A stretch of 64,000 bases of DNA from positions 1,408,001-1,472,000 of the forward strand of contig CAXXYE010000009.1 in the NCBI GenBank assembly GCA_963674865.2, in the 5' to 3' direction. The notes under the pieces are model-generated. The model was not told the DNA's origin, made no database searches, and worked only from the letters and a program-made list of their open reading frames with translations. The stretch comes from Candidatus Hydrogenedentota bacterium. GTDB taxonomy: Bacteria > Hydrogenedentota > Hydrogenedentia > Hydrogenedentales > SLHB01. Below are positions 19,137 through 29,700 of the stretch, piece after piece (within the stretch, counting starts at the first letter, position 1; every line of letters begins with the position of its first letter). The translations under genes and the position numbers were made by a program.

Positions 19137-21218
19137 CTACTCGCCCGGATGGGCGCCCGGAGCTGCTTGAGGCGAGTCGGCGGCTTGGCGGGCGATGTCT
19201 TCGAGGAGTTCCCGTGCGGCGGCCCAGTCCGGCCGGGAGGCCAAGGCCGTTTCCAGGTGCTCGCGTGCCTGTCTAGGTTGGCCGTTTCCCATAAGCGCGA
19301 TGGCTAGATTGTAATGCGCGTCCGGATGGGCGGGGTCGATCCGCAAGGCGTCGGTGAAGTGCTCGACGGCAGCGGCGGTGTCTCCCTGTTGTGCCATGAG
19401 CACGCCGAGATTGACGTGGGCGGGGGCATTCTCCGGTTGGAGGCGAAGGGCCTCAAACAATTGCTCCGCCGCCGCGGCTCCATCCCCTTGGGCGGCCAGC
19501 GCGGCCCCAAGGTTGGCGTGGGCCTCCGCGGACTTCGGATCAAGTTCGATGGCCTTGGCGAAATGGCCGGCGGCTCTTTCGTAGTCGGCGGCTTCGAGCA
19601 GGATGCTTCCGAGGCCGTTGTGCGCCTGGTAGCAATCGGCGTCGATCTCGAGCACGCGGCGGTAGAACCGGGCCGCTTCATCGGCCTTGCCTTGCTCTAC
19701 CAACGCATTGGCGAGATTACACGCCCAACGGGGATTCTCCGGCCTGAGGCGTGTTGCGGCCTTGAGGTGGTCGAGGCCTTCGTCCATGGCCCCCTGCTCA
19801 CACAGGGCGACGCCGAGGTTGTTGTGGGCCTCGCCGAGGTCCGGCGCGATGGCGAGTGCGGCCCTGAGGTGCTCTATGGCCTCGTCGGCTCGCCCCTGTC
19901 TCCAAAGCGCGTCGCCGAGGCCGCTGTGGGCGATGGCATTGTCCTCAGTGACAGCCAGTGCGTGCCGGAAAAGGGCTTCGCCGTCCCGCCAGTACCGGAC
20001 TTGATCCCATGTCTTCGCCGTCATGGCGGCCAGGATCAAGATACCGCAGGCGGCCAGTCCCGTGTGTGCCGAGCGACTCTCTAACAGGCGTTCCGGAATG
20101 CTCCACGCCAGCATGATGGATAGGCCGATGAGAGGCAGGTAAGCGTATCGATCCGCCATGGCTTGGCTTCCCACTTGGACGATCCCGATCACGGGCAGGA
20201 GCATCACGACGTACCAGAGCCAGCCGACGAGCAGGTAGGGGCGTCGCCGGGCCCACATCAGCGCCGCGGCCGATATCACGGCCAGCAGGCCCGCGGCGGC
20301 GACGGCATAGCCTATCGAGACGTCTTCGCCGGGATGAGGATAGAGCACGGCGAGGCGTACCGGCCAGATGGCCTTGCCGATATAAGCGATGTAGCTGATG
20401 AGCGCATTGGCGATGCGCGCCCGCATCGAGAAGGCCTCGAACGAGGCCACCGCGCCGCTGCGGCCTTGAGCCAGGATGTTTAAGAGCGCCGCAGCCACGG
20501 AAAGGGCGAATAGGGGCGTCTTTTCCAGGAGCAGTCCGGCGGCGCGTGCCATCGTGGCCTTGTCGAGCGGTTTGGCGAGATCCAGCCGGCGCAGCGGCCA
20601 CACGTCCAAGAGCAGGAGGATACCGGGCAAGGTGATCACCATGGCTTTCGCCATGAGTCCCAGCGCAAACAGGCACAGTACCAGCAGGTAGCGGGGGACG
20701 TGGCGGCGCTCGGCGTAAGCGATGTAGGCCCATATGGCAAGCAGTCCGAAAAAGGCGCTGAGCACGTCCTTGCGCTCGGCGATCCATGCCACCGACTCGA
20801 CGTGCAGCGGATGCAGCGCGAACACGGTGGCGACGAACGCGCTGCGCCAGAGCGAGCCGGTGGCGCGGCGCAGGATGGCGAGAAGCAAGAGCGTGTTGAC
20901 GAGGTGGAGTATCAGGCTCGTGGCGTGATGCCCGCCCGGCCTCAGGCCAGACAGATTGCAGTCGAGCATGTGCGATAACCACGCGAGGGGATGCCAGTTG
21001 GAGAAGAAGAAGGTGGTGAAGGCCCAGCGGATGTTGTCCCAAGTCAGCCCGGCCTGGACGCGGAAGTTCTCCGTCACGTAGACGGTGTCGTCGTATTCGA
21101 CGAATCCACAGCCTAGGACGTGGGCGTAGGCGATGATCGTCGCGCCCACCAAGGCCAACGCCACGAGGAGCACGGCGCGTCTACTGTAGGGGGTCTGAAG
21201 TGTCTTGTGCACGGCCAC
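19137..21218 (-). CDS. TMTC-like GT-C membrane glycosyltransferase with TPR tail (copy 2)
   Basis: Same motifs as copy 1 (YDD, HVESVAWIAERKDVL, ADRYAYLP), about 7 TPRs. Confidence 0.8.
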   Translation of the reverse strand: MAVHKTLQTPYSRRAVLLVALALVGATIIAYAHVLGCGFVEYDDTVYVTENFRVQAGLTWDNIRWAFTTFFFSNWHPLAWLSHMLDCNLSGLRPGGHHATSLILHLVNTLLLLAILRRATGSLWRSAFVATVFALHPLHVESVAWIAERKDVLSAFFGLLAIWAYIAYAERRHVPRYLLVLCLFALGLMAKAMVITLPGILLLLDVWPLRRLDLAKPLDKATMARAAGLLLEKTPLFALSVAAALLNILAQGRSGAVASFEAFSMRARIANALISYIAYIGKAIWPVRLAVLYPHPGEDVSIGYAVAAAGLLAVISAAALMWARRRPYLLVGWLWYVVMLLPVIGIVQVGSQAMADRYAYLPLIGLSIMLAWSIPERLLESRSAHTGLAACGILILAAMTAKTWDQVRYWRDGEALFRHALAVTEDNAIAHSGLGDALWRQGRADEAIEHLRAALAIAPDLGEAHNNLGVALCEQGAMDEGLDHLKAATRLRPENPRWACNLANALVEQGKADEAARFYRRVLEIDADCYQAHNGLGSILLEAADYERAAGHFAKAIELDPKSAEAHANLGAALAAQGDGAAAAEQLFEALRLQPENAPAHVNLGVLMAQQGDTAAAVEHFTDALRIDPAHPDAHYNLAIALMGNGQPRQAREHLETALASRPDWAAARELLEDIARQAADSPQAAPGAHPGE

Positions 21219-21262
21219 CTATCTGCGGGCGGCGACACGAGGTCTCCGCGCGCTATGCGGCG

Positions 21263-21291
21263 ATGCTAACACCGAGGGGAGAACGCGTCAA
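21263..21291 (-). promoter_or_regulatory. Sigma70-type promoter TTGACG-N17-TAGCAT with extended TG
   Basis: cgtcaa 21286-21291 and atgcta 21263-21268. Confidence 0.65.
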
Positions 21292-21384
21292 TGTGGGAAA
21301 CGAATAGATGCGCGCGGGCCCTTCATGCAGCGCGAAGTACGTACGACCTCTGATGCGGGCCGTCCCTCGGCGCCAATCAGGCGT

Positions 21385-21876
<492 letters not shown>

Positions 21877-22010
21877 TTAGCCTATTCCCGTCCAACACGG
21901 CGTCCTCAAGGGGCTCCCACTCCGGTAGAAGTCTGCCTGAACGTGCGGTTCCTGGTGGGATGCGGCTCCGCTCGGCGGGACATGCGTGTAGCCCTCCGTG
22001 GCGTCCGCAT

Positions 22011-22360
22011 GTTTCCGTGGATTCGCTCTGCTCACCCATGAACACGGGATCTCAACAATCCCGCCCCCCGGAGGGGGCAGCCGCATGTAGCCGTGGGTGA
22101 GCGAAGCGAGCCCACGGAAACCGGCCCAGCCCAGTGAAAGCCCCGAATGGGGCGGCCGCGACTGCTATCACCGCAAGGCGGATTTCAGGGAAGGATTCAG
22201 AGCGCTGCTTGAGGGCCACGGTGTCGATTTCGACGAGGAGTACATTTGACTGTGAAGCTGAAGCGCTATCACACTATTCGGGGCTTTTGACGGGGAGATC
22301 CCGTGTCCGTGGGCTCGCGTCGCCCGCCCACGGCTACACGCGAGCGCCCCGTTCGGGGCG
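22011..22360. mobile_element. GTAG-type REP cluster flanking a relic C-terminus of an IS200/RAYT-like Y1 transposase
   Basis: GTAG+CCGTGGG..CCCACGG at 22087-22117; inverted copy at 22307-22337; degenerate copy at 22011-22044. 22166-22249 translates to YHRKADFREGFRALLEGHGVDFDEEYI*. Confidence 0.7.
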
Positions 22361-22611
22361 CCGGGCAATCCGCATCAGATACTTGGGGCTTCCGACTGAG
22401 GTGAGTGCCTTTGTCGTTCTTCCGCGTCATTTCGTATACTTGCGGCTGGTTTCGGGAAGGCCGTCGCGTGGCGGCGTGTCGCGCTGAAAGCGTGCGAAGG
22501 AATCTGCGATGGCCGGAAGACGGGATGCGTGGACGCGCCGGAGACGGCGCTTGGAACATGTCCCCTTTTCCCCGGCACGCCTTTGCATATGCTGAGAGAT
22601 GGATTCAGGAG

Positions 22612-23067
22612 ATGGGTGAGAAGCTGATTGCTCAAAACCGGCGCGCGCGGCGCGATTACCACGTCATCGAACGTTTCGAGGCGGGAATCGAGCTGCGAGG
22701 CACCGAGGTGAAGTCGCTGCGGGCCGGCAAGCTGACTTTCAAGGACGCCTATGGAGACGTTATCGGGGGTGAGCTGTTTCTGGTGGGCGCGCATATCAGT
22801 CCTTACGAGCAGGGCAACATCTATAATCACGAGCCGGAGCGCACGCGCCGCCTGCTGATGCACAAGCAGCAAATTCTCCGACTTGGCTCGCAGATTGCCG
22901 AAAAGGGCCTCACACTCGTTCCTCTGCGTGCCTATTTCAAGCAAGGCAGGGCGAAAGTCGAGCTGGGCCTCTGCCGCGGCAAGCAGATTATCGACAAGCG
23001 CGCCACCATCCGTGAACGGGACGTGGCCCGGGAGACGGAGCGCTTCATGAAGGGCTCACGCCGCTGA
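22612..23067 (+). CDS. smpB: SsrA-binding protein
   Basis: IAQNRRARRDY, EAGIELRGTEVKSLRAG, HEPERTRRLLMHK, GLTLVPL, DKRATI. Confidence 0.97.
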   Translation: MGEKLIAQNRRARRDYHVIERFEAGIELRGTEVKSLRAGKLTFKDAYGDVIGGELFLVGAHISPYEQGNIYNHEPERTRRLLMHKQQILRLGSQIAEKGLTLVPLRAYFKQGRAKVELGLCRGKQIIDKRATIRERDVARETERFMKGSRR

Positions 23068-23115
23068 CGGATGCCCGCGCGCATGGGAGCACGAGTGCAG
23101 CACCGGAGGCGCCAC

Positions 23116-24732
23116 ATGTCCTGGCGATTTGTGTGGGGAATGACGGCGCTCGCCCTTCTGGCGCTTTGTCCTGGATGCGCCCTCGTTCGATACGCCGATT
23201 ACGCACTCCCGGCCGTTCGTCTGGATCGCGCCGGTAACGAGCCGCTCCCCAATGCCGATGCTCCAGCCGTCCAACGCGCCATCGACACGTGGGATAGCCT
23301 TGGGGAGGGCGGAAGAGAGGCGTTCCCAACGCCTTACCACGTCTACGTGGACACCCCCGCACCGGGCTCCTTTGAAGGGACCCACACCGTCGGGATGGCG
23401 TTCTCCGGCGGGGGTACGCGAGGCATCCTCTTTTGCGCCGCGGTTGCAGAACAACTCCGGGCGCTCGGCGACCTCATTGTGGACGCTCCCGACGGCCCCC
23501 TGCGCGTCAACCTGTTCGAGGAGCTGGACTATCTGTCCGGAGTCTCCACGGGTGCTATCCCGGCGGCCTTGCTCGCCCTGGACTACGGCGGCCATTGCCC
23601 GCCCGCATTCGAGATTGATCAGTGGCCGGATTGCTTCAACCTGGACGTTTGTGCGTATGGGCTGAAGCGCCTTGCCGTGCGGCCCGACTGGCTCGTGCGC
23701 GACTGGGGCGTGGACATGAATACGCGGGCGTTCGTTTCGGGGGCGCTGGCAGCGCTGTACTTTGAGGGGAAGTGGTTCAAACCTGCCAGCGGCCTGACCT
23801 TCGGCGATCTCCCGCGAACGCCGGTGCTGCTGCTCGGCGCGGCCGTCATCAACGACCCCGGCGTGCCGTTTATGGAGACTCGCCTGCCCTATCGCTACTG
23901 CCTGGACGAGAAACTCGGCGCGCCTTGGGCCGTGGGAATCCAGAGCTTTGAAAGCTTCCACTCCGATCCTATGGCCTACCCGCTTGGAGAGGCCTGCTAC
24001 AACAGCATCTCGTATCCGGGACACATGCGCTCCGGGCTGATGACGGTGCGCGCGGATCAGCCGTGGGTGTTTGACGGACTCGACGGGCCGGTGCGGAGAC
24101 GGATGGAGCGCGCCCGGCGTCAGGAAGGCTACGCGGGAACGTACGAGATCAAAGACGGGGGCCTCGTGGACAATCGGGGCGTGTACGTCATCAGCCGGGT
24201 GTTGGAGCGGCTTGCAGAGGAGCAGCCGCCCCGTCGCCGTCCCCTGCTGATTGGACTCGACGCGTCGCGTTTGGCACTACGGGCACCCGAAAAAGGCGAA
24301 AAGGCGCTGAAAAAAGGCTGGTTTCGGGAGATTCAGGCGTCATTTAACATCTCTTGGCAAACCGGCCAGGATGCGTTTCAGGCGTTGATGGCCGCCCGGG
24401 CTGATGCGGGTGCCTACGCATACGTCCGCTTCGGCTTCGCCGATTGGATTCCCTTCCTGGGGGAAGGGGAGGACTCCGCGGAATACCGCTATCTGGCTGA
24501 ACTTTGCCGCGCGGAGCCGCTTATCGGAACGCCCGAGCGCCTGATTGAGATTACGCGTGGCCTCGGCACCGATTTCACCGATGCAACCGAAGCCGAAATG
24601 GCCGCTGTCAACGTCTGTGCCAGGTTCGCGGTATGGCATACGAGGAATGAACTGCTTGATTGGGCCTCCGTGTGCCACGGCGGCGCGCCAGCGCGCTTTG
24701 AGCACCCCTTGGAATCGGGAGAGGGAACTTGA
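23116..24732 (+). CDS. Patatin-like phospholipase, probable lipoprotein
   Basis: FSGGGTRG, GVSTG nucleophile, DGGLVDN; signal peptide ending in CPGC. Confidence 0.8.
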   Translation: MSWRFVWGMTALALLALCPGCALVRYADYALPAVRLDRAGNEPLPNADAPAVQRAIDTWDSLGEGGREAFPTPYHVYVDTPAPGSFEGTHTVGMAFSGGGTRGILFCAAVAEQLRALGDLIVDAPDGPLRVNLFEELDYLSGVSTGAIPAALLALDYGGHCPPAFEIDQWPDCFNLDVCAYGLKRLAVRPDWLVRDWGVDMNTRAFVSGALAALYFEGKWFKPASGLTFGDLPRTPVLLLGAAVINDPGVPFMETRLPYRYCLDEKLGAPWAVGIQSFESFHSDPMAYPLGEACYNSISYPGHMRSGLMTVRADQPWVFDGLDGPVRRRMERARRQEGYAGTYEIKDGGLVDNRGVYVISRVLERLAEEQPPRRRPLLIGLDASRLALRAPEKGEKALKKGWFREIQASFNISWQTGQDAFQALMAARADAGAYAYVRFGFADWIPFLGEGEDSAEYRYLAELCRAEPLIGTPERLIEITRGLGTDFTDATEAEMAAVNVCARFAVWHTRNELLDWASVCHGGAPARFEHPLESGEGT

Positions 24733-24986
24733 GCGCGTCGCCGATTCAGGCTGAAACTCAAGATGTCCCGACAGGCTGGTTGCTCTCGCCCGGTGTTCCC
24801 TCCAATGTGTCCCGCAGGATGCGTTCGAGCGCGCGAGCGGCGCCGGACTACGTAATTGGCGCGGCGACGGCTGCCCCGGATGAATAGCCCTTGGTTCACG
24901 CGCTCCTCGACCCGCGCCGCGAAATCCTCCGGCATGTTGGCGACGTCCAGGATTCCCTGGAATTCGGGCTTGAATAGTGTCAGCAT
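24733..24986 (-). pseudogene. Possible truncated gene fragment
   Basis: The first ~50 residues look protein-like (MLTLFKPEFQGILDV...), then the frame runs antisense into the patatin gene without its own stop. Confidence 0.25.
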
Positions 24987-25196
24987 ACGCGCCCCCAACG
25001 GTAGAACTCGTAGCATTTGTTACTTGGATCATAGTGCTCGCACAAGGCAAGGGGGTCAAGTCTTCTTTGCTTCCGACTGCCGTCGGGCGGATTCACTTGG
25101 AGTGCGCCAGTATCCATTGTGCCGGATTTGCGGACGGTGGGCGTGCCAAGGTACATTTCGCGAGCACTGGAAACCAAATTGTGGAGTGAAGTTTCG

Positions 25197-25655
25197 ATGA
25201 TCGAATCCATTGATCATATCAATCTGGTGGTAGGCGACCTCGAGCGGTCCGTTCGTTTCTATGTGGACCTGCTCGGCTTCAAGGAGGTTCGCCGGGCGCG
25301 GCTCGAAGGGGATTGGATTGAGGCGGTCGTCGGGCTGGCGGACGTTTGCGCGGACCTGGTCTACATTGAGGCGCCGGACGGCGGTCTTCGGATCGAGTTG
25401 CTCGAATACCGCTCGCCCCCGGGCGCCATGATTCCGGAGAACGCGTTGCCCAACACCTTAGGCATGCGCCACTTGGCTTTCCGTGTGCGGGACATGGACG
25501 CGGTGTACGAGCGCCTCCGGGCGGCGGGGGTGGCGTTCATCAACCCGCCCACGTCGGTGGACGGGCGGGTGGTGCAGCACGAGGCGGGCCGGAAGACGCT
25601 GTGTTATTTTCACGATCCCGACGGGGTGATCCTTGAACTTGCCGAGTACACGTGA
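25197..25655 (+). CDS. VOC/glyoxalase family protein
   Basis: IDHINLVVGDLERSVRFY, IELLEY, HLAFRV, DPDGVILEL. Confidence 0.92.
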   Translation: MIESIDHINLVVGDLERSVRFYVDLLGFKEVRRARLEGDWIEAVVGLADVCADLVYIEAPDGGLRIELLEYRSPPGAMIPENALPNTLGMRHLAFRVRDMDAVYERLRAAGVAFINPPTSVDGRVVQHEAGRKTLCYFHDPDGVILELAEYT

Positions 25656-25706
25656 TAAGAGTGTCGGCACGGCGAGACGGGCGAGCCGCCGATCAGGGAG
25701 GGAGCG

Positions 25707-26081
25707 ATGCGCATTCGGATTGCATGGGACGGTGGCGAGGTTTTCGGGACGTTGAACGACACGGAGACGGCCCGGCAGGTCGCCGCGGCCCTGCCATGTG
25801 TCTCTCTCGCAAATACTTGGGGCGACGAGGTCTATTTCGAGGTGCCGGTGGAGGCCAAAATGGAAGACGGCGCCTGTCAAGTGGTGCCACATGGCACGAT
25901 TTGCTTCTGGGTGCAGGGCGATTCCGTAGCCATTCCCTTCGGTCCTACTCCGATCTCGGAAGGCAATGAGTGCCGACTCGTGACAAACGCCAATATTATC
26001 GGCAAGGTTGAAGGCGACGCCACGCTCCTTGGCACCGTCAACGCCGGAGATGCCATCCGTATCGAGGTCGCCGGCGGGTGA
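25707..26081 (+). CDS. Cyclophilin-like fold protein (DUF369-like)
   Basis: LP...NTWGDEVYF, ICFW..G..AIPFGPTP. Confidence 0.8.
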   Translation: MRIRIAWDGGEVFGTLNDTETARQVAAALPCVSLANTWGDEVYFEVPVEAKMEDGACQVVPHGTICFWVQGDSVAIPFGPTPISEGNECRLVTNANIIGKVEGDATLLGTVNAGDAIRIEVAGG

Positions 26082-27205
26082 GCGAAGCGACGTCTCACGG
26101 CCGGCCTGTCTCTCGCCGCGCGGCGTTGAAGGCGTTGGGGGCGGCGGCAGCGGCGTTTCACGGCTTCCGGCCTTTTTCCTGGGGACGCGCGGCGGCCGAG
26201 GGCATCGAAGGAGGTGCTATGAGGGTGAAGCTGGTTCATGTGTACAAAGGAACGCCGCCCGACCACTGTGTGTGCGACCAGGCGCTTCGCCTAATGCCGA
26301 ATGGCGACTGGGCCATCCTCTTCATGACCGGGGGCGACAAGGAGCCGCGCAAAGAGAACTACATCGCCCAATGCCGGTCGACGGATCACGGCGCGACGTG
26401 GTCGTCGGCCGAGCCGGTGCTGCGGTTTCCCGATAAGGCATGTCTCTTGACGGAGGCGTACGTCCAGGAGGGTCGGGTCGTCCTGCACGGCGTGAGCCAT
26501 GGTGGTCGTTTTGAAAACTGGCGCAACTTCACCATCTCCAGTGCCGACAGCGGACGCACGTGGTCCGAGCCGGCGGCGTTCGAGGCCATGCCGCGCCGCA
26601 CGTTCATCAGGAATCTCTATGCAAGCACCTGGGGTGAGTGGTTCCTGCCGTATCAGACGTACGACACCATGCCGAATCCGGATGCTCCGCCCAAGACGGA
26701 CGGCTCCCATGAACAAGCGCTCAACGGCGTCCTCATCAGCGGCGACCAGGGGCGGACATGGCGCCGTTCTGAGGACACCGGCCCGACGGCGGGCTGGGCG
26801 GAGAACAATGTCGTCGAGCTATCCGATGGCAGGCTGGTGATGCTCATCCGGGCCGACCGCACCGGGAGGCTCGTGCGTTCCGAATCGAGCGACCGCGGCC
26901 GCTCGTGGTCTACTTGTGCGCCCACGGATATCCCGAATCCGGGGGCGAAGTTCCGCCTTCACCGGTTAAGCACCGGCCGCATTATCTTGATTCACAATCC
27001 CGACGCAAGTGTCCGCAATCCGCTCGCCCTGTGGGCCTCCGACGACGATATGCAATCCTGGCCTCACAAAGCCCTTATCACCGATTTCCCCGGGCGGCTC
27101 CAATATCCCGACGGCTTTGTGGATGAAGCCGGGGGCTACGTCCACCTCGCCTTCGATTACAACCGCCACGACCTCATCTACGCCGCCGTGCCGCTGCCTG
27201 GGTGA
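26078..27205 (+). CDS. Tat-exported BNR-repeat sialidase-like beta-propeller
   Basis: SRRAALK twin-Arg signal; Asp-boxes STDHGATWS, SADSGRTWS, SGDQGRTW, SSDRGRSWS; RNPL, QYP. Confidence 0.8.
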   Translation: MSEATSHGRPVSRRAALKALGAAAAAFHGFRPFSWGRAAAEGIEGGAMRVKLVHVYKGTPPDHCVCDQALRLMPNGDWAILFMTGGDKEPRKENYIAQCRSTDHGATWSSAEPVLRFPDKACLLTEAYVQEGRVVLHGVSHGGRFENWRNFTISSADSGRTWSEPAAFEAMPRRTFIRNLYASTWGEWFLPYQTYDTMPNPDAPPKTDGSHEQALNGVLISGDQGRTWRRSEDTGPTAGWAENNVVELSDGRLVMLIRADRTGRLVRSESSDRGRSWSTCAPTDIPNPGAKFRLHRLSTGRIILIHNPDASVRNPLALWASDDDMQSWPHKALITDFPGRLQYPDGFVDEAGGYVHLAFDYNRHDLIYAAVPLPG

Positions 27206-27222
27206 GGCCCGGCGACTTCGAT

Positions 27223-27966
27223 TCACCACGTTTTCTTGAAGGGATCGCCAACGTCGGCGCGGCTGGCCGTGGTGTCTTTCGTCCATTTGGTGTCACGCTG
27301 ATCGGCGAACGCTTTGAGGCTAAGTCCGCTGGCGTGGTGCGCGAGGGCCTCGAATATGCGATGGGCGATGACGAGGTTGCCGACGCGGTTGGCGTGTACG
27401 CCATCGAAGTCGATCAACCAGTCGGCGCATCCCTCCGCCTGCCAGACGTCCGCGAGGATGCCGTCGTGCTCCTCGGCGAGGCGGCGAATGGCGGCATTGT
27501 AATCACGCGTGAGTTCGGGGCCGCCGCGGTCGAAGGGGGGATAGCTCTTCCACGCCGTCATGTGGTAGACGGTGGTTAGTACCGTCACAGGCGCGCACGC
27601 GGCCTTAACGCCACGGATGATGGTGGACATGTCGGCGGCAAAGTCCTCGACGGGCATGGCGGCGCGCATGTCGTTGAGGCCGTAGCACAGGACGAAGAGA
27701 TCCGGTTCGAGGGCGATCACGTCCTCGCGGTACCGCTCGATGGCGCTCGGTTTCCTCGATGCTTCATAGCCGGGACTCCGTGGGGAGATGGCGTTCGCGC
27801 CGATGCCCTTGTTGTGGTATTCCACGGGCCGGTCTTGGCACGTGTTGATCAAGCGCACGAGCACGTCGGCGAACCGATCGGTGGGATCGCTCAGCCATGG
27901 CCCGCCCTCGACGGTACTCTCGCCCAATATCACCAGCCGCTTGAACGGCTCTCTTCGCTGATCCAT
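27223..27966 (-). CDS. SGNH/GDSL hydrolase
   Basis: LGESTVEG, NKGIGAN, YGLND, DGVHAN. Confidence 0.85.
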   Translation of the reverse strand: MDQRREPFKRLVILGESTVEGGPWLSDPTDRFADVLVRLINTCQDRPVEYHNKGIGANAISPRSPGYEASRKPSAIERYREDVIALEPDLFVLCYGLNDMRAAMPVEDFAADMSTIIRGVKAACAPVTVLTTVYHMTAWKSYPPFDRGGPELTRDYNAAIRRLAEEHDGILADVWQAEGCADWLIDFDGVHANRVGNLVIAHRIFEALAHHASGLSLKAFADQRDTKWTKDTTASRADVGDPFKKTW

Positions 27967-28125
27967 ACACTCTCCTCTCCGGCCTTCTCTTACTCCGAAG
28001 TCCTCGGGCTGACGAGACAGATGGTACGGCCGCATTCTACCAGAGTGCTCCTGGGATTCATCCATTCGACCGCCCAAGGGATCGGGGACTTCCATGCGCG
28101 CCGGAATTGGCCTAAACTACTTTCC

Positions 28126-29700
28126 ATGGGCGCGATCATGGAGACGGCTGAGCCGATTCTGGCGTATGTCCGGGAGCGGCTGCAGTCCGGCGGCTCTGTG
28201 CAAGAAGGGGAGAAGCCGGAGGAGACGGCGCGGGCGCTTGCGGCCTGCCGCACCTACCTCGAAATCCATCGCCCTCCCGTCTATCAGCAGTACAATCCCG
28301 GCCGGCTTATCCGCGAGGGAACTGCGGAGCTCCAAGCGATCCCGCATGTTCTCGATATCGATCCGGCTGCGGACTGCATTGGCGATCCCGCGCAGGTAGC
28401 AGACTGTGTACTTCTCGTCTTGTGCGGTGTGCGTCCGGATCCGGAGTCTCGCGTATTTGTCGAGGTTTTCGAAGGGGAGGAGACACCGGGGATTGCCGTG
28501 AGCCTCGATGGGCCCGGGACGCTGCCGACGGAGATAGCGCTTGGCGGCTACTTCAGGCTATCGCTCGATGAACTCCGCGCGAGATGGACGGTCGCCACAC
28601 GAGGCGGGCGGATCGACAGGACGGCCAACGGCTTCCTGTTGCGCCTCAAAGGGATGCGGGAATGCCCGGCGTCTCACGAAGAGGCGGGAGCACTCCTGGC
28701 GAAGGTTCGCGAGGCAGAAGAGCGTCTCGCACGTGGCGAAACGAGCGAAGCGTTGAAGGCTGTCCAAGATGCCCTGACGATGATTGACGCGCAGGAGACG
28801 CGTCCCGAGCCGGGGGATCTGGTGGCCGTGCTGACACACGTCGTCGAGGACTTCAAGCCGCGTCTGGTGGCTCGGGGCATCGAAACTGAGCTGTGGTGCG
28901 AGGAAAACGTCCCACCCATTGTGATGTCTCGAAGCAGGATACGGGGCGTGGTTGCCAACGCTCTCTGCCACGCGTTGGCGTCCTTGCCGGGGGCGGGGGC
29001 GATTTCGCTGTTGACGGATTACGACGTCGCCGCACGCGTAGCGGGCGTGGCTTTTAGCGCGGCGGGGCCCGGTTGTCAGACGGACGATAGCCACTACATA
29101 GCGTCGATACGGCGGGCGGTTGTCGAGGGCCACGGCGGCAGGTTGGACGCTTCGCCGGAGGGAGAGGGCATCACGCTCGCAATTGCCTTGCCCGATCCTG
29201 TAGGGAGGACGCTCGACACCTGGATTCCAGGCTTCGAGCGCTTTTCGGAGCGCTCGGTGCAGGTACTTCGTTTGCTGAAAAGCGGGGGCCAGGCGCCGCC
29301 GGAAGAACTCTTCCTGCCAAATATCCTCGACGCCGAACTCAGAGGCTGGCTACTTGATAAGATTCAAGCTCCCGCCGCCGTGAACCTTGCTCACGGCCTG
29401 CCATCCGATGACGCCGGCCTATCCGATTCCTCATCCGAACGCCGGCGCAAAGCTCTTGATCAGATAAAGCAAGGGCGAGCACGGAAGGAGACGGTGCAGC
29501 CGCGCTACGCGGGGGAGATTCTCTGGGCCTTCCGTATCGATGAACGCCACCGCAGGGCCGTGGGGGTGGACTCGCTGGACGACGCGGCGCTCGAAGCGTT
29601 CTGCGCCGGCCTTTTGGCGACGCCGCCACGGTACGTGGAGTGCCTGCGATGCATTGCCGCGGCAAGAGCCGCTGAACCGGGAGAAGACGCGCATGGGTGA
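28126..29700 (+). CDS. Hypothetical protein with degenerate HATPase_c-like segments
   Basis: RIRGVVANAL, RRAVVEGHGGRLDAS..EG.TLAIALP; no H-box or GxGxG. Confidence 0.45.
   Translation: MGAIMETAEPILAYVRERLQSGGSVQEGEKPEETARALAACRTYLEIHRPPVYQQYNPGRLIREGTAELQAIPHVLDIDPAADCIGDPAQVADCVLLVLCGVRPDPESRVFVEVFEGEETPGIAVSLDGPGTLPTEIALGGYFRLSLDELRARWTVATRGGRIDRTANGFLLRLKGMRECPASHEEAGALLAKVREAEERLARGETSEALKAVQDALTMIDAQETRPEPGDLVAVLTHVVEDFKPRLVARGIETELWCEENVPPIVMSRSRIRGVVANALCHALASLPGAGAISLLTDYDVAARVAGVAFSAAGPGCQTDDSHYIASIRRAVVEGHGGRLDASPEGEGITLAIALPDPVGRTLDTWIPGFERFSERSVQVLRLLKSGGQAPPEELFLPNILDAELRGWLLDKIQAPAAVNLAHGLPSDDAGLSDSSSERRRKALDQIKQGRARKETVQPRYAGEILWAFRIDERHRRAVGVDSLDDAALEAFCAGLLATPPRYVECLRCIAAARAAEPGEDAHG

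Noticed and set aside
22572..22588. Sigma54 promoter CGGCACGCCTTTGCA before smpB
   Set aside because: GG-to-GC spacing is 9 nt rather than the required 10
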